A DNA stretch of 64,000 bases from Camelus dromedarius (lineage: Eukaryota): positions 40,364,001-40,428,000 of the forward strand of contig NC_087437.1 of NCBI RefSeq assembly GCF_036321535.1. Reading direction: 5' to 3'. The position numbers and the translations under genes were made by a program. Positions 13,001 through 24,845 of the stretch are shown here, piece after piece; the stretch's first letter is position 1; each line of letters starts with the position of its first letter. The notes under the pieces were generated by a model that was not told the DNA's origin, searched no databases, and saw only the letters and a list, made by a program, of their open reading frames with translations.

Positions 13001-15759
13001 TGCTTGTGTGGGCACCCGCAGCAGAGAAAAGGAGTGCCGCGCAGATCCCAACACTGGCTCTTTGTGAGTGGGACCGTGGTCTTGTGTCCCCTGGGGGTTC
13101 CCAGAGTGTCCTGTGGGGATGGGGCACCAAGAAGCCATTTCTCTTTAAGCAGCCTGACACTGGGGTCCAGATGGCTCCTGAGCTTGTGGGCTGGCTCTCT
13201 GTAGCTGCTCTGAGGGGAACCCAGAAGGTACTACCCTCTCACTCCTCTGCCCACCCCTCCCGCTAGTGACACATCTGTCCTACATGCGGCTGAGGCCAAG
13301 CCCTGTGGGAAAGCCCTGCAGGCGTGAGGAGTGGGTGTGCCCTCGTCCAGCCTTTGAGAGGCTTCTGTTGTACAAGTCCAAGGGTGGCCTAGTTTCCTTA
13401 TCTTGAAACTTTTGCCTAAGGGTTGTGGGACAGATGCTGTCACTTCTCCCTATAATCTGGAGTTTTGTTATAGTGGAAGCTTCTGTTTAGATCTTTGTTT
13501 CCTTTCCCTGAATTTTGAGTGTTCACAGCAGTTGGGGGGGGGGTGGTGAGGTGGAGGACGGGAAGAGGAAATACGGATGGAGCCTTGTAGAGTGGCTTTG
13601 CGGAGATATCAGGTGCAGTTTTGAGGGCTCTGTCACTAGAACTGCCCGTGTAGGTGTGCATGCACCCCTGCGTGAGAAGGGAAATGGGCCAAGGGCGGTG
13701 CTGCAGGTGGACTGCCTTATTGGGTTGAAAGTCCATTTAGAGGCTGAGGTGTTTGGTAACCGCCAGGCCAGCAGGTTGATTGGATCCTTTTAGGAGCGCC
13801 CTGGGATTTAGGTGTGCAGGTGGTGATCCTCAGGGAGGTGATTACTATCTCCGTGTCAAACCGGCAGCCGGCCAGGAAAGGGCCCCAAGTGTGGCCGCTG
13901 ATTTCTGTCTGGTTCTCCCACCACCTGGCTACTGTGTGACCTTGGCCAAGTTTTTTTTAAACCAGTCTCCCGTGTAAAGTGGAAGTGTTAATGATCCCCA
14001 TCTGCTAGGGCAGTGAGGATTCGATGGCACGTGGGATGCCAGGCGTGGAATAAGGCTTCACCGCAGGCTAGCAATTGCTCATGTTGAGCCCCGCCTCCTT
14101 CACTTTTGCCTTTATTTGGGAGGGCTTCCCCAGGATTTAGAAAGCAGGCTGCAGGGGAGAAATGCCTTCCAGCTCTGACCTCTGTTTTCAGAGGGAGCCG
14201 GGGCTGCCTCGTGGCCTTAGGGAAATGTTCTCCGTGACAAAATTCAGCAGAGGATTTGGTGGAGCCGCAGCTTTGAAACTGATGCAGAGAATGGGGCCCG
14301 AGCCCGGGGCTTTGGCTCTGTTGTTTGGGGATTAAATCCTCTCTGACTCTGGAAAGGAGCTGGATCCCCAGCGGCCTCCCCTCCGGGTGGAAGAGCTGGA
14401 ACTGTGGGACGGCGCCTTTGCACCGCGGGCGGGGCTCTCGGCCAACTGCGCCCTCGGAGCATCTGGTACCTCTTGGATCAGCTGGGGATGCGCACTCCCG
14501 GTAGGAACGTCGCGAGGGGCTGACAGGAGTGTTGAGAAATCCTGACCCAGGCCCAGCAGAGTACTACGTCTGGCTTGCCCTTCAGTGGTGAAATCATAGA
14601 CCAGGTACACCGGCAGGTTTACTTTTAACTTGGAGAGGTAATACAGATGCTGTTAACTCGTATTTACGAAGCACTTTTGGAGTCTTAAAAGGGCTATCTA
14701 ATTTGATCTTTAACCGGTGGTATGGGGTTGTTGGCATTTGTTTTGACTGCCTTTTGCTCTCTGTCAGGAGAGGTGCCCAAGTGAACTGACGTTCAAGCCA
14801 GAAGTGAGCCCAGCAGTGGGACGTGGGAATGGGCTGTTCGCTTTACTTTATCAGAGGAGGTAGCAGGAGTTTGTGTTCTTTATGCCCTTTAGGAATCATA
14901 GGGAGCCCTGTCATCCTGGGGAGGGAAAGGGAGAGATTGAGAGCCAAGGTGTTCCCCGGGAAGCTGAAAGCATCCCCATGTCCAGGGAGGCCAAATGGAC
15001 GGGTAGCCAGCCCCCCGCCCCCGAAGTCCCCTGCAAGCAGCCGAGGCAGAGTCCCCCTGTTGACAGCTCCTGCCCAGACCCGTTCGTGGAAGTGCCAGCG
15101 GGGCCCAGGGAGGAGGAGAGGCTGTTGGATTCCCTCCTCCTCCTGCCCAGGTCCAGGCCCCTTCATGGAGCCACGGCCTTTCTCCTCCTTTCCTTCCCCC
15201 TCCTCCTCTTCTGGCCAGGAGTTCCAGTGAGGTACTGAACACCCTCCGCCGCCCTCGCCCCCAGCTACCAGGCCGCAAAGCCTGCCCCCTTCCGACCGCC
15301 CTCGAGGGCCTTTCCCTCCACTGCCTCCGCTATTTCCCGTTGGAACCCTTGCCCCGCTGCCCCTAATCCCGCACAGGCGCCTTCCCTCCCACCTTCCGTT
15401 TATTCTGCAAGTTGAAGGGAAAAAAACCATCTGTGACCCCACTATCCAAGGATCCAAAGACATTAGCCTTTTGGCACATTTCCTTCCGGTTTTGTTTGCT
15501 TTTGCCTTTGCTTTTTCTAAATTTAATAAATTTTAACATTTTATAAACATTCAATTCATGTTAGCATTTTCACTGGGTTGTCATACTGTGATTAACAGTT
15601 ATCATAGCATTTTTCCATGTCTTTACAAATATCCTTTGTAATAATTGCATGCTCTTTCAGTCTTTTTTAGCCATTATCTTGATACTAAAGAACCAGGCGA
15701 TTGCTCATTTTTTGATATTGTGATTCACTCCAAATTGAATGTACGTCAACCTTTGATTC

Positions 15760-16525
15760 TGTGATATAATATATTTGCTTTCCACCCCTAGTTCCTGGTA
15801 CAGAGCTCCCAATGACAGGAGCATCTGTTGTTACACATAATAAGCCCCTTTCAACCTTACCTGAGTTATGCTAATAAAGTGATTCTTGGAGACTGGGGTT
15901 GGTTACCAGAGGAACCAACCACATGATCAGAGGGTGTAACTTTTAGCCCCCACCTCCCTACCAGAAGGGAAGAGGGGCTTGAGATTGAATGCAATCACCA
16001 AGGACCGATGATTTAATCATTCAGGCCTCTGTAATAGAATCTCCATAAAATCCCCTAAACAAAGGAATTTGGAGAGCTTGAGTTGGCCAACACATCAAGG
16101 TGCTAGGAGGGTGGTGGGCCCAGCGAGATCCTGGAAGCTCTGTGCTCCTTCCCCATACCTTGCCCTCTGCATCTCTCCCATTTGACTCTTTTTGAGTTGC
16201 ATATTTTAAAATAAATTGGTAAAAAAAAAAAATTTAAAAATAAAATAAACTGTAAGTAAAGTGTTTCCCTGAGTTCTGTAAGATGTTAAAGCAGATCATT
16301 GAACCTGAGGAGGGGGTCATGGGAATGGTTGATTTACAGCCACTTGGTGGAAGTACAGGTGACAACCTGGGACTTGAGACTGGCACCTGAAGTGGGAAGC
16401 AGTCTTGCGGAGTTGAGCCCTCAGTCCACAAGATGGAGCCGTGTGCTAACTCTTCGAAGTTCATGTCAGAATTGTGTGTGTGGAAAAACCCACACATTTG
16501 GTGTCAGAAGTGTTGTGGGTAGAGA
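15760..16525 (+). mobile_element. MER21-like LTR
   Basis: Starts TGTGATAT...TTCCTGGTACAGAGCTCC and ends CCCACACATTTGGTGTCAGAAGTG, both resembling the recalled MER21 consensus. Confidence 0.7.
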
Positions 16526-16784
16526 CGGTATTTTTAACCTTTGGATTTCATTTCACATTATTTGAGATAGATTCCTGTAAGAATAATTCCTGAGTCAAGG
16601 TTTTAAATAGGAAAATGTTTGCTTTATGATTACAAAAGCAGTAAATTTTCATCATGGAAAATCTGGCAAGCATAGGCGAGTATAAAAAGTAAATGCACAC
16701 CCATCGTCTCACCAACCAGAGGCGGTCACTGTGAGTGTGGCTCAGATGTGTCCCAGCAGGATGTGTGGCATGCACATCCTTGAT

Positions 16785-16912
16785 TTTCAATGTGGGACGC
16801 ATGGACCAGCAGCACTGGGAGCATGTTAGAAATACAGAACCTCAGGCCCATCCCAGACATAGTTAATCAGAACCCAGCTTTTAACCGGATCCACATTCAA
16901 GCTTGAGAAGTA
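16785..16912. mobile_element. MER5A-like hAT fragment
   Basis: GGACCAGCAGCA..TGGGAGC.TGTTAGAAAT.CAGAA.CTCAGGCCC motif. Confidence 0.6.
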
Positions 16913-18475
16913 TTGGTCTACAAGACCGTGACCTTACCAGTTACAGGTGGCATGGCATTAATGACTTCTGACCCAGGTATATACATACATTTTTTCCTGT
17001 TTACCCAATATTGGAATAATCCTGTATGCACACTGATTTTCAGCCCCCACCTTAATACCACAAGACTATCTGAGGACAAGAGCTGGCTCCTCTCAGTAGC
17101 GCTGATTCTCAGGGATCGGTAGAATCTGGGAGGCACAGGGAATTCCATTACCTCCCCTCCCCCGAAAAGCCCTGATATATACAGCTTTGACCTTGCTTCT
17201 CTCATTTAACATTATATTGTCAACATTTTCCAGTTTTTTATTTTTCTGAAAAATGGGTCTTTCATGGCTGCAGATAGTAGTTCACTTTATGACTGTCGTA
17301 ATTCATTTGACTACTTCCCTATTGTCAGGATTTAAATTGTTCTGATCCATTTGGGGCAGGAGAGCATTCTGTGGGCTGTTGCAGGTATGCTGAAGTGAGC
17401 TGCTCAGGCAGTAATCACTTCCTTCAGCATTAATTATTTCCTTATGATGAATTCCTGGAGTGGAGACACTGGGTCAAAAGGCATGAACATTTTACACACT
17501 CCCTAACATGCGCCAGGATGTGGGAAGTACCTGACACCGTACCCTGCTGGGCACTGGGTAGTGTGGTCTATAGACAGATTCTCTGGGGAGCAGCAATCAT
17601 GCCTTTTTCCTCATCACGTGTCAAGGCCTGACTTAGAGCAGATTCTAAAGTATGATTCCCAGGGGGGTTGCAGGGTGGGAGGGAAGTTACTGGAAGGGTG
17701 GGTGGCTGCCTGTGGTGGTGGTTGCGTTTCTTCCTTCTGCCCGGAGTCCTGAGTTTAACAGATGCCACCAGCCAGGCAGCAGCTTCCTTCAGGGTGTGTC
17801 TGCACATTTTAACTCTCCTTCCAGGACTCATCTTCCAGTGGCTGGAGGGGCAGGATGGGGAGTTAGTGGAGACCTGAAATGACCTCGCTTACTAGTCCTG
17901 AGTCCGCTGGGCCTGACTGGCACCAAACTTGTTTTGCTTCCTAAGTCTGGAACTGCCAGACAGTTTTTATTACAGTCTTTCTATTTAAGTATCCAGTGAT
18001 ATTTCTCCAAAAAAATTTTTTTCAGAAAAACCTGTGTATTCATTACCCATGATCTTCACTGCCCTTGCAGATCCGAGGGACTGAGAATTCTATGGTCCTT
18101 GATCTAAGGATTGGAGAAATCAATGACTTAAAATGAATTCAGATGAGATTGGGTGGCTGTCTCATCCTCCCAGACTTCAGACTATACTACAAAGTGACAG
18201 TAATCAAAACAGCATGTTACTGGCACAAAAACAGACAGATTAATGGAATGAAATAGAGAGCCCAGAAATAAACCCATATGCCTATTAATCTATGACACAG
18301 GAGGCAAGAATAACACAATAGAGAAAAAACTCTCTTAAACAGGTGGTGCTGGGAAAACTGGACAGTTATATGTAAAAGAAGGAGATTAGAACATTCTTTT
18401 TTTAATTGAAGTAAAGTCAGTTTACACTGTTGTGTCAACTTTTGGTGTAAAGCATGTTTCAATCATACACACACA

Positions 18476-18479
18476 TATA

Positions 18480-18511
<32 letters not shown>
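18476..18511. repeat. (TA)n microsatellite within the L1 3'UTR
   Basis: Directly visible. Confidence 0.9.
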
Positions 18512-18512
<1 letters not shown>

Positions 18513-19069
18513 TCCTTTTCATATTCTTTTTCATTATAGGTTACTACAAGATATTGAATATAGTTGCCCATGCTATGCAGTATAAACTTGTTGTTTATCT
18601 GTTTTATATATAGTAGTTGGTATCTGCAAATCTCCAACTCCCATTTTATCCCTTCCACCTTCTTTTCCCCCCTGGTAACCATGAGTTTGTTTTCTATGTC
18701 TGTGAATCTATTTCTGTTTTGTAAATAAATTCATTTGTGTGTTTTTGGTTTTGTTTTTAAGATTCCACACATGATATTTTTCTTTCTCTTTCTGGCTTAC
18801 TTCACTTAGAATGATGATCTCCAGGTCCATCCATGTTGCTGAAAATGGCATTATTTTATTATTTTTAATGGCTGAGTAGTATTCCATTGTAGAAATATAC
18901 CACATCTTCTTTATCCAGTCATCTGTCAATGAATGTTTAGGTTGTTTTCATGTTTTGGCTATTGTATAATGCTGCTATGAACCATTGGTGTGCATGTATG
19001 TTTTCAAATTAGAGTTCTGTCCCAATATATGCCCAGGAGTGGGATTGCTGGATCATATTGTAAGTATTT

Positions 19070-19215
19070 TTTAATTTTTAAAATTGGGGGGGGGGGAGAT
19101 AATTAGTTTGTTTTTTTTGTTTTTTTTACTTATTTTTAATGGAAGTGCTGGGGGTTGAACCCAAGACCTTGTGCATGCTAGGCACACAGTCTACTACTGA
19201 ACTATACCCTCCCCC
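19070..19215 (-). mobile_element. tRNA-Ala-derived SINE inside the antisense L1
   Basis: Reverse complement GGGGGAGGGTATAGTTCAGTAGTAGACTGTGTGCCTAGCATGCACAAGG.. with tail. Confidence 0.88.
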
Positions 19216-22200
19216 TGGTAATTCTATTTTTAGTTTTTTGAGGAATCTCCATACTGTTTTCCATAATGGCCTCATCAAACTACATTCCCACCAACAGTGT
19301 AGGAGGATTCTCCACATCCTCTTTAGCATTTATCATTTGTGGACTTTTTAATGGTGGCCATTCTGACTGGTATGAGGTGATACTTCATTATAGTTTAGAT
19401 TTGCATTTCTCTGATAATTAGTGATACTAAGCATTTTTTTCATGTGCCTTCTGGCCATTTGTATGTGTTCACTGGAGAATTGCTTGTTTAGGTCTTCTAC
19501 CCATATTTGGATTGGATTTTTTGTTTGTTTGTTTGTTTTTTGTTATTAGATTGTATGAGCTGTTTATATATTCTGAAAATTAAACCCTTGTCAATCACAT
19601 CATTTGCAAATATTTTCTCCCATTCCATAGGCTGCCTTTTGTTTTGCTTATGGTTGCCTTTGCTTGCAAAAGCTTATAAGTTTAATTAGGTCCCATTTGT
19701 TTATTTTTGCTTTTATTTCTGTTGCCTGGGTGGACTGCCCTAGGAGAAATTGCTAAGATTTGTCAGAAAATCTTTTGCCTGTTTTCTTCTAGGAGGCTTA
19801 TTGTGTCTTGTCTTATGCATTAGTCTTTAGGCCATTTTGAGTTTATTTTTGTGTATAGTGTGAGGGAGTGGTCTAACTTCATTCATTTACATGTGACTGT
19901 TCAGTTTTCCCAACACCACTTGCTGAAGACACTGTCTTTTCTCCATTGCATATTCTTATCTCCTTTGTTGAAGTTTAGTTGGCCATAAGTGTGTGGGTTT
20001 ATTTCTGGGCTCTATTTCTGTTCCATTGATCCATATGTCTTTCTGCCAATACCATGCTGTTTTGATGACTGTAGCTCTGTAGTATTGTCTGAAGTCTGGG
20101 AGGGTTATTCTTTCAGCTTTGTTCTTTTTCTTCAGTATTGCTTTGACAATTCTGTGTCTTTGGGGATTCCATATAAATTTTAGGGTTATTTGTTCTAGTT
20201 CTGTGAAAAATGTTCTGGGTAATTTGATAGGGTTTGCATTAAATCTGTAGGTTGCTTTGGGTAGTATGGCCATTTTAAGAATATTGATTCTTCCATTCCA
20301 AGAGCATAGGATATCTTTCCATTTCTTTAAATCATCTTTAATTTCCTTAATCGATGTTTTGCGGTTCTTCATGTATAAGTCTTTCACCTCCCTGGTCATA
20401 TTTACTCCTCAGTATTTTTTTTTTTTTTTTTGATGTGACTTTAAAAGGGATTGTTTCTTTCCTTTCCTTTCCTGTTATTTCATTGTTAGTATAAAGAAAT
20501 GCAGCTGATTTCTGTATGTTAATCTTGTATCCTGCTACCTTGCTGAATTTTTTTTTTATCAGCTATAGTAGTTTTTGTGTGGAGCCTTTAGGGTTTTCTA
20601 TATATAGTATCATGTCATCCGCATATTGTGACAATTTTGTCTCTTCTCTTCCAATTTGGATCCCTTTTATTTATTTTTCTTGTCTGATTGCTATGGCTAG
20701 GACTTCCAATGCTATGTTGAATATTTGTGAGAGTGGGTAGAACATTCTTACACAAAATGCACACACCATATACAAAAATAAACTTAAAATTGATTAGAGA
20801 CCTAAATGTAAGACCTGAAACCATAAAATACCTAGAACATAGGCAGAACACCCTTTGACATAAATTGTAGAAATATTTTTTGGATCAAAGCAAAGATAAA
20901 CAAATGGGACCTAATTAAACTTAAAGCTTTTGCACAATAAAGGAAACCATCAACAAAACAAAAAGCAACCTGTGGCATGGAGAAAATATTTGCAAATGGT
21001 AATACAACAAGGTGTTACTATCCAAAATATATAACAACTCATGTAATTGAATATCAAAAAAATACAACCCAATCAAAAAATGGGCAGAAGACTTGAACAA
21101 ACATTTTTCCAAAGAAGACATACGGATGATTAACAGGCACATGAAAAGATGCTCAACATCGCTAATTTTTACAGAAATGCAAATCAAAGCAACAGTGAGC
21201 TATCACCTCAGACCTGTCAGAATAACTATCATCCAGAAGTCTACAAATAACAAATGTTGATGAGGATATAGAGAAGAGAGAACCCTGGTACACTCTTGGT
21301 GTAACAGAAAACTGGTGCACCCACTATGGAAAGCAGTGCCGGAAGTTCCTTAAAAAGCTAAAAATAGAACTACCATATGATCCAACAATTCTACTCCTGG
21401 GTATATATACCCTCCCCAAAAAAAAGAAAGAAAAAGAAAACACTAATTTGTAAAGATACATGCACCCCAATGTTCATAACAGCACTATTTACAATAGTCA
21501 AGATATGGAAGCAACCCAAGTGTCCATCAACAGATGACTGGATAAAGACGATATGATGTGTGAGTGTGTGTGTGTACATACATGTATATGTACATGTATA
21601 TGAATATACATGTACACACACATACACAACGGAATACTACTCAGCCATAAAAGAATGCTATTTACTGCAACATGGATGGACCTAGAGAGTATTATACTTA
21701 GTGAAATAAGTGAGACAAAGACAAATACTATATGATATCACTTATATGTCGAATCTAAAAAACTTAACAAATGTATATAGCAAAACAGAAACATACTCAC
21801 AGACAAAACAAACTAGTGGTTACCAGTGGGGAGAGGGAAAGAGAGAGGAGCAATATAGGGGTATAGGGTTAAGAAATACAGAATACTGTATATAAAATAG
21901 ATAAGCAACTAGGATATATTACATAGCACAGGGAATTATAGCCATTATCTTATAATAACTTTTAATGGAGTATAGTCTAAAACTGCTGAATTACTGCTGT
22001 ACACCTGAAACTAATACAGTATTGCAAATCAGCTCTACTTCAATAAAAAGATAAATCAATATGAGGAGATGTGTATGTTATATTTTCCAAATCGTGAAAG
22101 AATGGAAACAGGTGAGTGTTTATGGTAGGAGAGTAAGCTGGGGAAGGTCTGGGATGCTGTTGCTGACGACTTACGGGAGAACTAGGCCTTAGTCAACTGG

Positions 22201-24479
22201 GCAGGCTGCCCCAGATGGTATGCAGTTGAGAAAAGGACCTCCCTCAGGTGACTGGCCTGGTTCACTTTCTCAGCAATGACCAACAAAGCCGTAGTTTTAG
22301 AAACCATGAACATCTGAACTCGAGCAGTGTCGCCATCTCTCTGGTTGTTGAGTCATCCTGGGAGCCATGTTCAGGAACTTGGGACTGTGAGTGAGGTCTC
22401 ACTGAGTACAGGTTTCTAACTGGTACTTCCGGCATGCTGATTGTATGCTTAAACCCCTTCCTTTGCTTAAGAGCAAGACTGAAGTTGATGATAATCATTG
22501 AGAACTAGGACCCTGTCTCCAATTCAAATGTGCTTTGAAGATGAAACCTCTTTTACAACCGTGTTTACTAAGCAGTCATCCCGTATGTATTTGGACATTT
22601 CTGGTAGTGGTGCAAACACTGGCTCCCAAACTAACATGTCCAACTTTCAAACAACTCACCTCGTAACCCTTCAGCTATTGCTCTTATGTATCCCTTTCCC
22701 AGGTGTGTTGACTTCTTTAGGTTTATTCCTGTTTACTAATATCTCTTAAAATTTGGTGGCAAGAACTGACTAATACAAGATGTGGAACTTCTTTCTTAAT
22801 TCTGAACATTGTACTTACATTAATTATCTGTTCCTACCAAAATGAAGAGATGAATATACATGCAGAATTTCCAGTAAATAAGAAGATACAGTCACATTGG
22901 AAGGGAGGGATATGTGAAAATATATAGTAACAGAATATTAATTTACGAGCAAACCTAGGGCTTTGGGTAAAAATGAATGGTAGCTGTATGGAAAACTGAA
23001 TCATATCAGTGTAACCTAATTTTTTCAAGAATGTTGTCAGGATCTGGAGGAAACAGGGCACATATATCGTGACTTTCTCATGCTGTTGATGTAATTATGC
23101 ATAACGTAATCCTCAGCAACCCAGGGAAACATAGTTTAGCTTATATGATACCACAGTTGGATGGTGGAAAGGTCAGAGACATCAAGGACGTGGTGCTGGT
23201 GTGGGATAGCTCTTATAAGAGGTCCATCTGGGACCCAGTTCTATTAAATCAACTTTATTCTGTGACTAGTGATGTATTGTGTATATTATTGTTTGTGTGC
23301 CAGAAATGCTGGAAAGAGAAGTCAAAATGACCTGGACAAACTGGGTGGTTACATACTGGACAGTGTGAAATGAAGGCTAATTAATTTTGTAAGTAGGAAG
23401 TTCAAATTGGAGAATGATTGGTTTTCTGCCTGTTCCTGGCAGAAAAAGCCCCTGGGCCATGGTGAATCACAGGGTAGCTGAGCCATCAGTAATTATAATA
23501 CGAGTTTATGTAGAGTACCACCCTTCAGAAGTCAGTGCTCTGGTTAAGAATCCTTCAGTGAGGCTGAGAGCAGGCAAAATATGCAATGAAGGCTTAGGGT
23601 GGATAAAAATTCTGAAATAGAAGCAGGGACCTTTGCAGCAAGATGGAAGGGATATGAAAAAGAAGCAGTTAGAAGTATTTTAGGGGTAGGATGGGTTAAA
23701 ATGCTATAAAAAGATTAAAAATGCAGTGGCTCAGGTCCAGTACAGGTTTATTTCTCTCATGTAACAGTCCTGGGTGGGTATTTCGGGTCATCTGGTGGCC
23801 CTGCACCCTCTGCTGCCTTCACCATGTGTCCTTCAGAGTTGCTCTGGTTGCCCATAGTAAGGGGGAATGAGCTCAGCCCAGAATGGTTAATATCACATCT
23901 GCTCACATCCCCTCGGCCAGAAATCAGTCCTGTGGCCACACCTACCTACGAGGGTCAGCTGTGTGCTTCAGAAAAAGGAGGCGGCGCAAATTTTGAGAAT
24001 GACTGTTTCTGCCATACCTCTAAGAAACAGTAGTGAAATTGACGACAGATTTCTTAGCAACAATGGAGTTTAGAACATAAGAGAGTACATACCTTCAACT
24101 TATTTAATACTAGTTAAACTGTCATTCAGGAATGAAGGTCAGCAGTCCCTAAGGAGGAGAATTGGGCAGAACTGTATCTAACAGAAGTACATACGCACTC
24201 ACCCTGTGACCCAGCGGTCCCACTCCTGATAGTTATTCCAGAGGAAACACCTGCACAAATCACTTTTGTAGAAAATGTTTAGGAACTACAAACTAGAAAC
24301 GAGTGATAGGACGGGTGGATATGGGTAATAAAAATGGAAATAGAATTTTCCTGAGTATACCTTTTTAAGTAGTTTTGATTTTGAATCATGTAAATATCTT
24401 ATTCAATTACTTAAAATTAAATAAAAATGGAAACAAAGCAAATTCTGTCATTGAATATACAAAGAGCAACTAATAATCA

Positions 24480-24845
24480 AAAACAATACCATATGATATC
24501 ACTTATATGCGGAATATAAAAAAAACTAACTTATTTACAAAATAGAAACAGACTCACAGACAGAGAAAACAAACTTAGGGTTACCAGGTGGGAAAGAGGG
24601 TGGGAAGGGATAAATTGGGAGTTCAAGATTTGCAGATACTAATATACTTAAAATAGATAAACAGCAAGCTTATACTGTATAGCACAGGGGACCAAATTCA
24701 ATATCTTATAGTAACTTAGAATGAAATGAAAAAAAAATAGGAAAATGAATATATATATGTTCCTATATGACTGAAGCATTGTGCTGTACACCAGAAATTG
24801 ACACATTGTAAACTGACTATACTTTAATAAAAATATTTTTTAAAA
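24480..24845 (+). mobile_element. L1 3' end fragment
   Basis: Same 3'UTR motifs as the other L1 copies (ATATCACTTATATG, TATAGCACAGGG) and an AATAAA tail. Confidence 0.8.

Larger units (their letters stand above)
18399..20737 (-). mobile_element. 5'-truncated L1 inserted antisense into another L1
   Basis: ORF2 remnants (19956-20399: [22 protein letters not shown]; 18708-18929), a poly-T end at 18399, and a 12-bp TSD TAGAACATTCTT (18387-18398, 20738-20749). Confidence 0.92.
18160..22030 (+). mobile_element. 5'-truncated L1 (3' part of ORF2 plus 3'UTR), split by an antisense L1
   Basis: ORF2-like sequence ([12 protein letters not shown]) at 18165-18395 resumes at 20750 and ends with AATAAAAA at ~22022. 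Confidence 0.88.

Noticed and set aside
11728..13977. Cluster of many short ORFs and splice-like motifs
   Set aside because: No consistent in-frame exon chain could be built, and part of the region is MIR-derived.
14843..15463. 206-aa Gly-rich ORF on the - strand
   Set aside because: Low complexity, mirrors the C-rich + strand, no recognisable homology.
19956..20399. L1 ORF2-like ORF as an active retroelement
   Set aside because: The element is 5'-truncated and frameshifted, with no ORF1 or promoter.
21557..21627. Quasi-palindromic TG/TA/CA tract
   Set aside because: Simple-repeat expansion at a commonly variable spot inside an L1 3' region.
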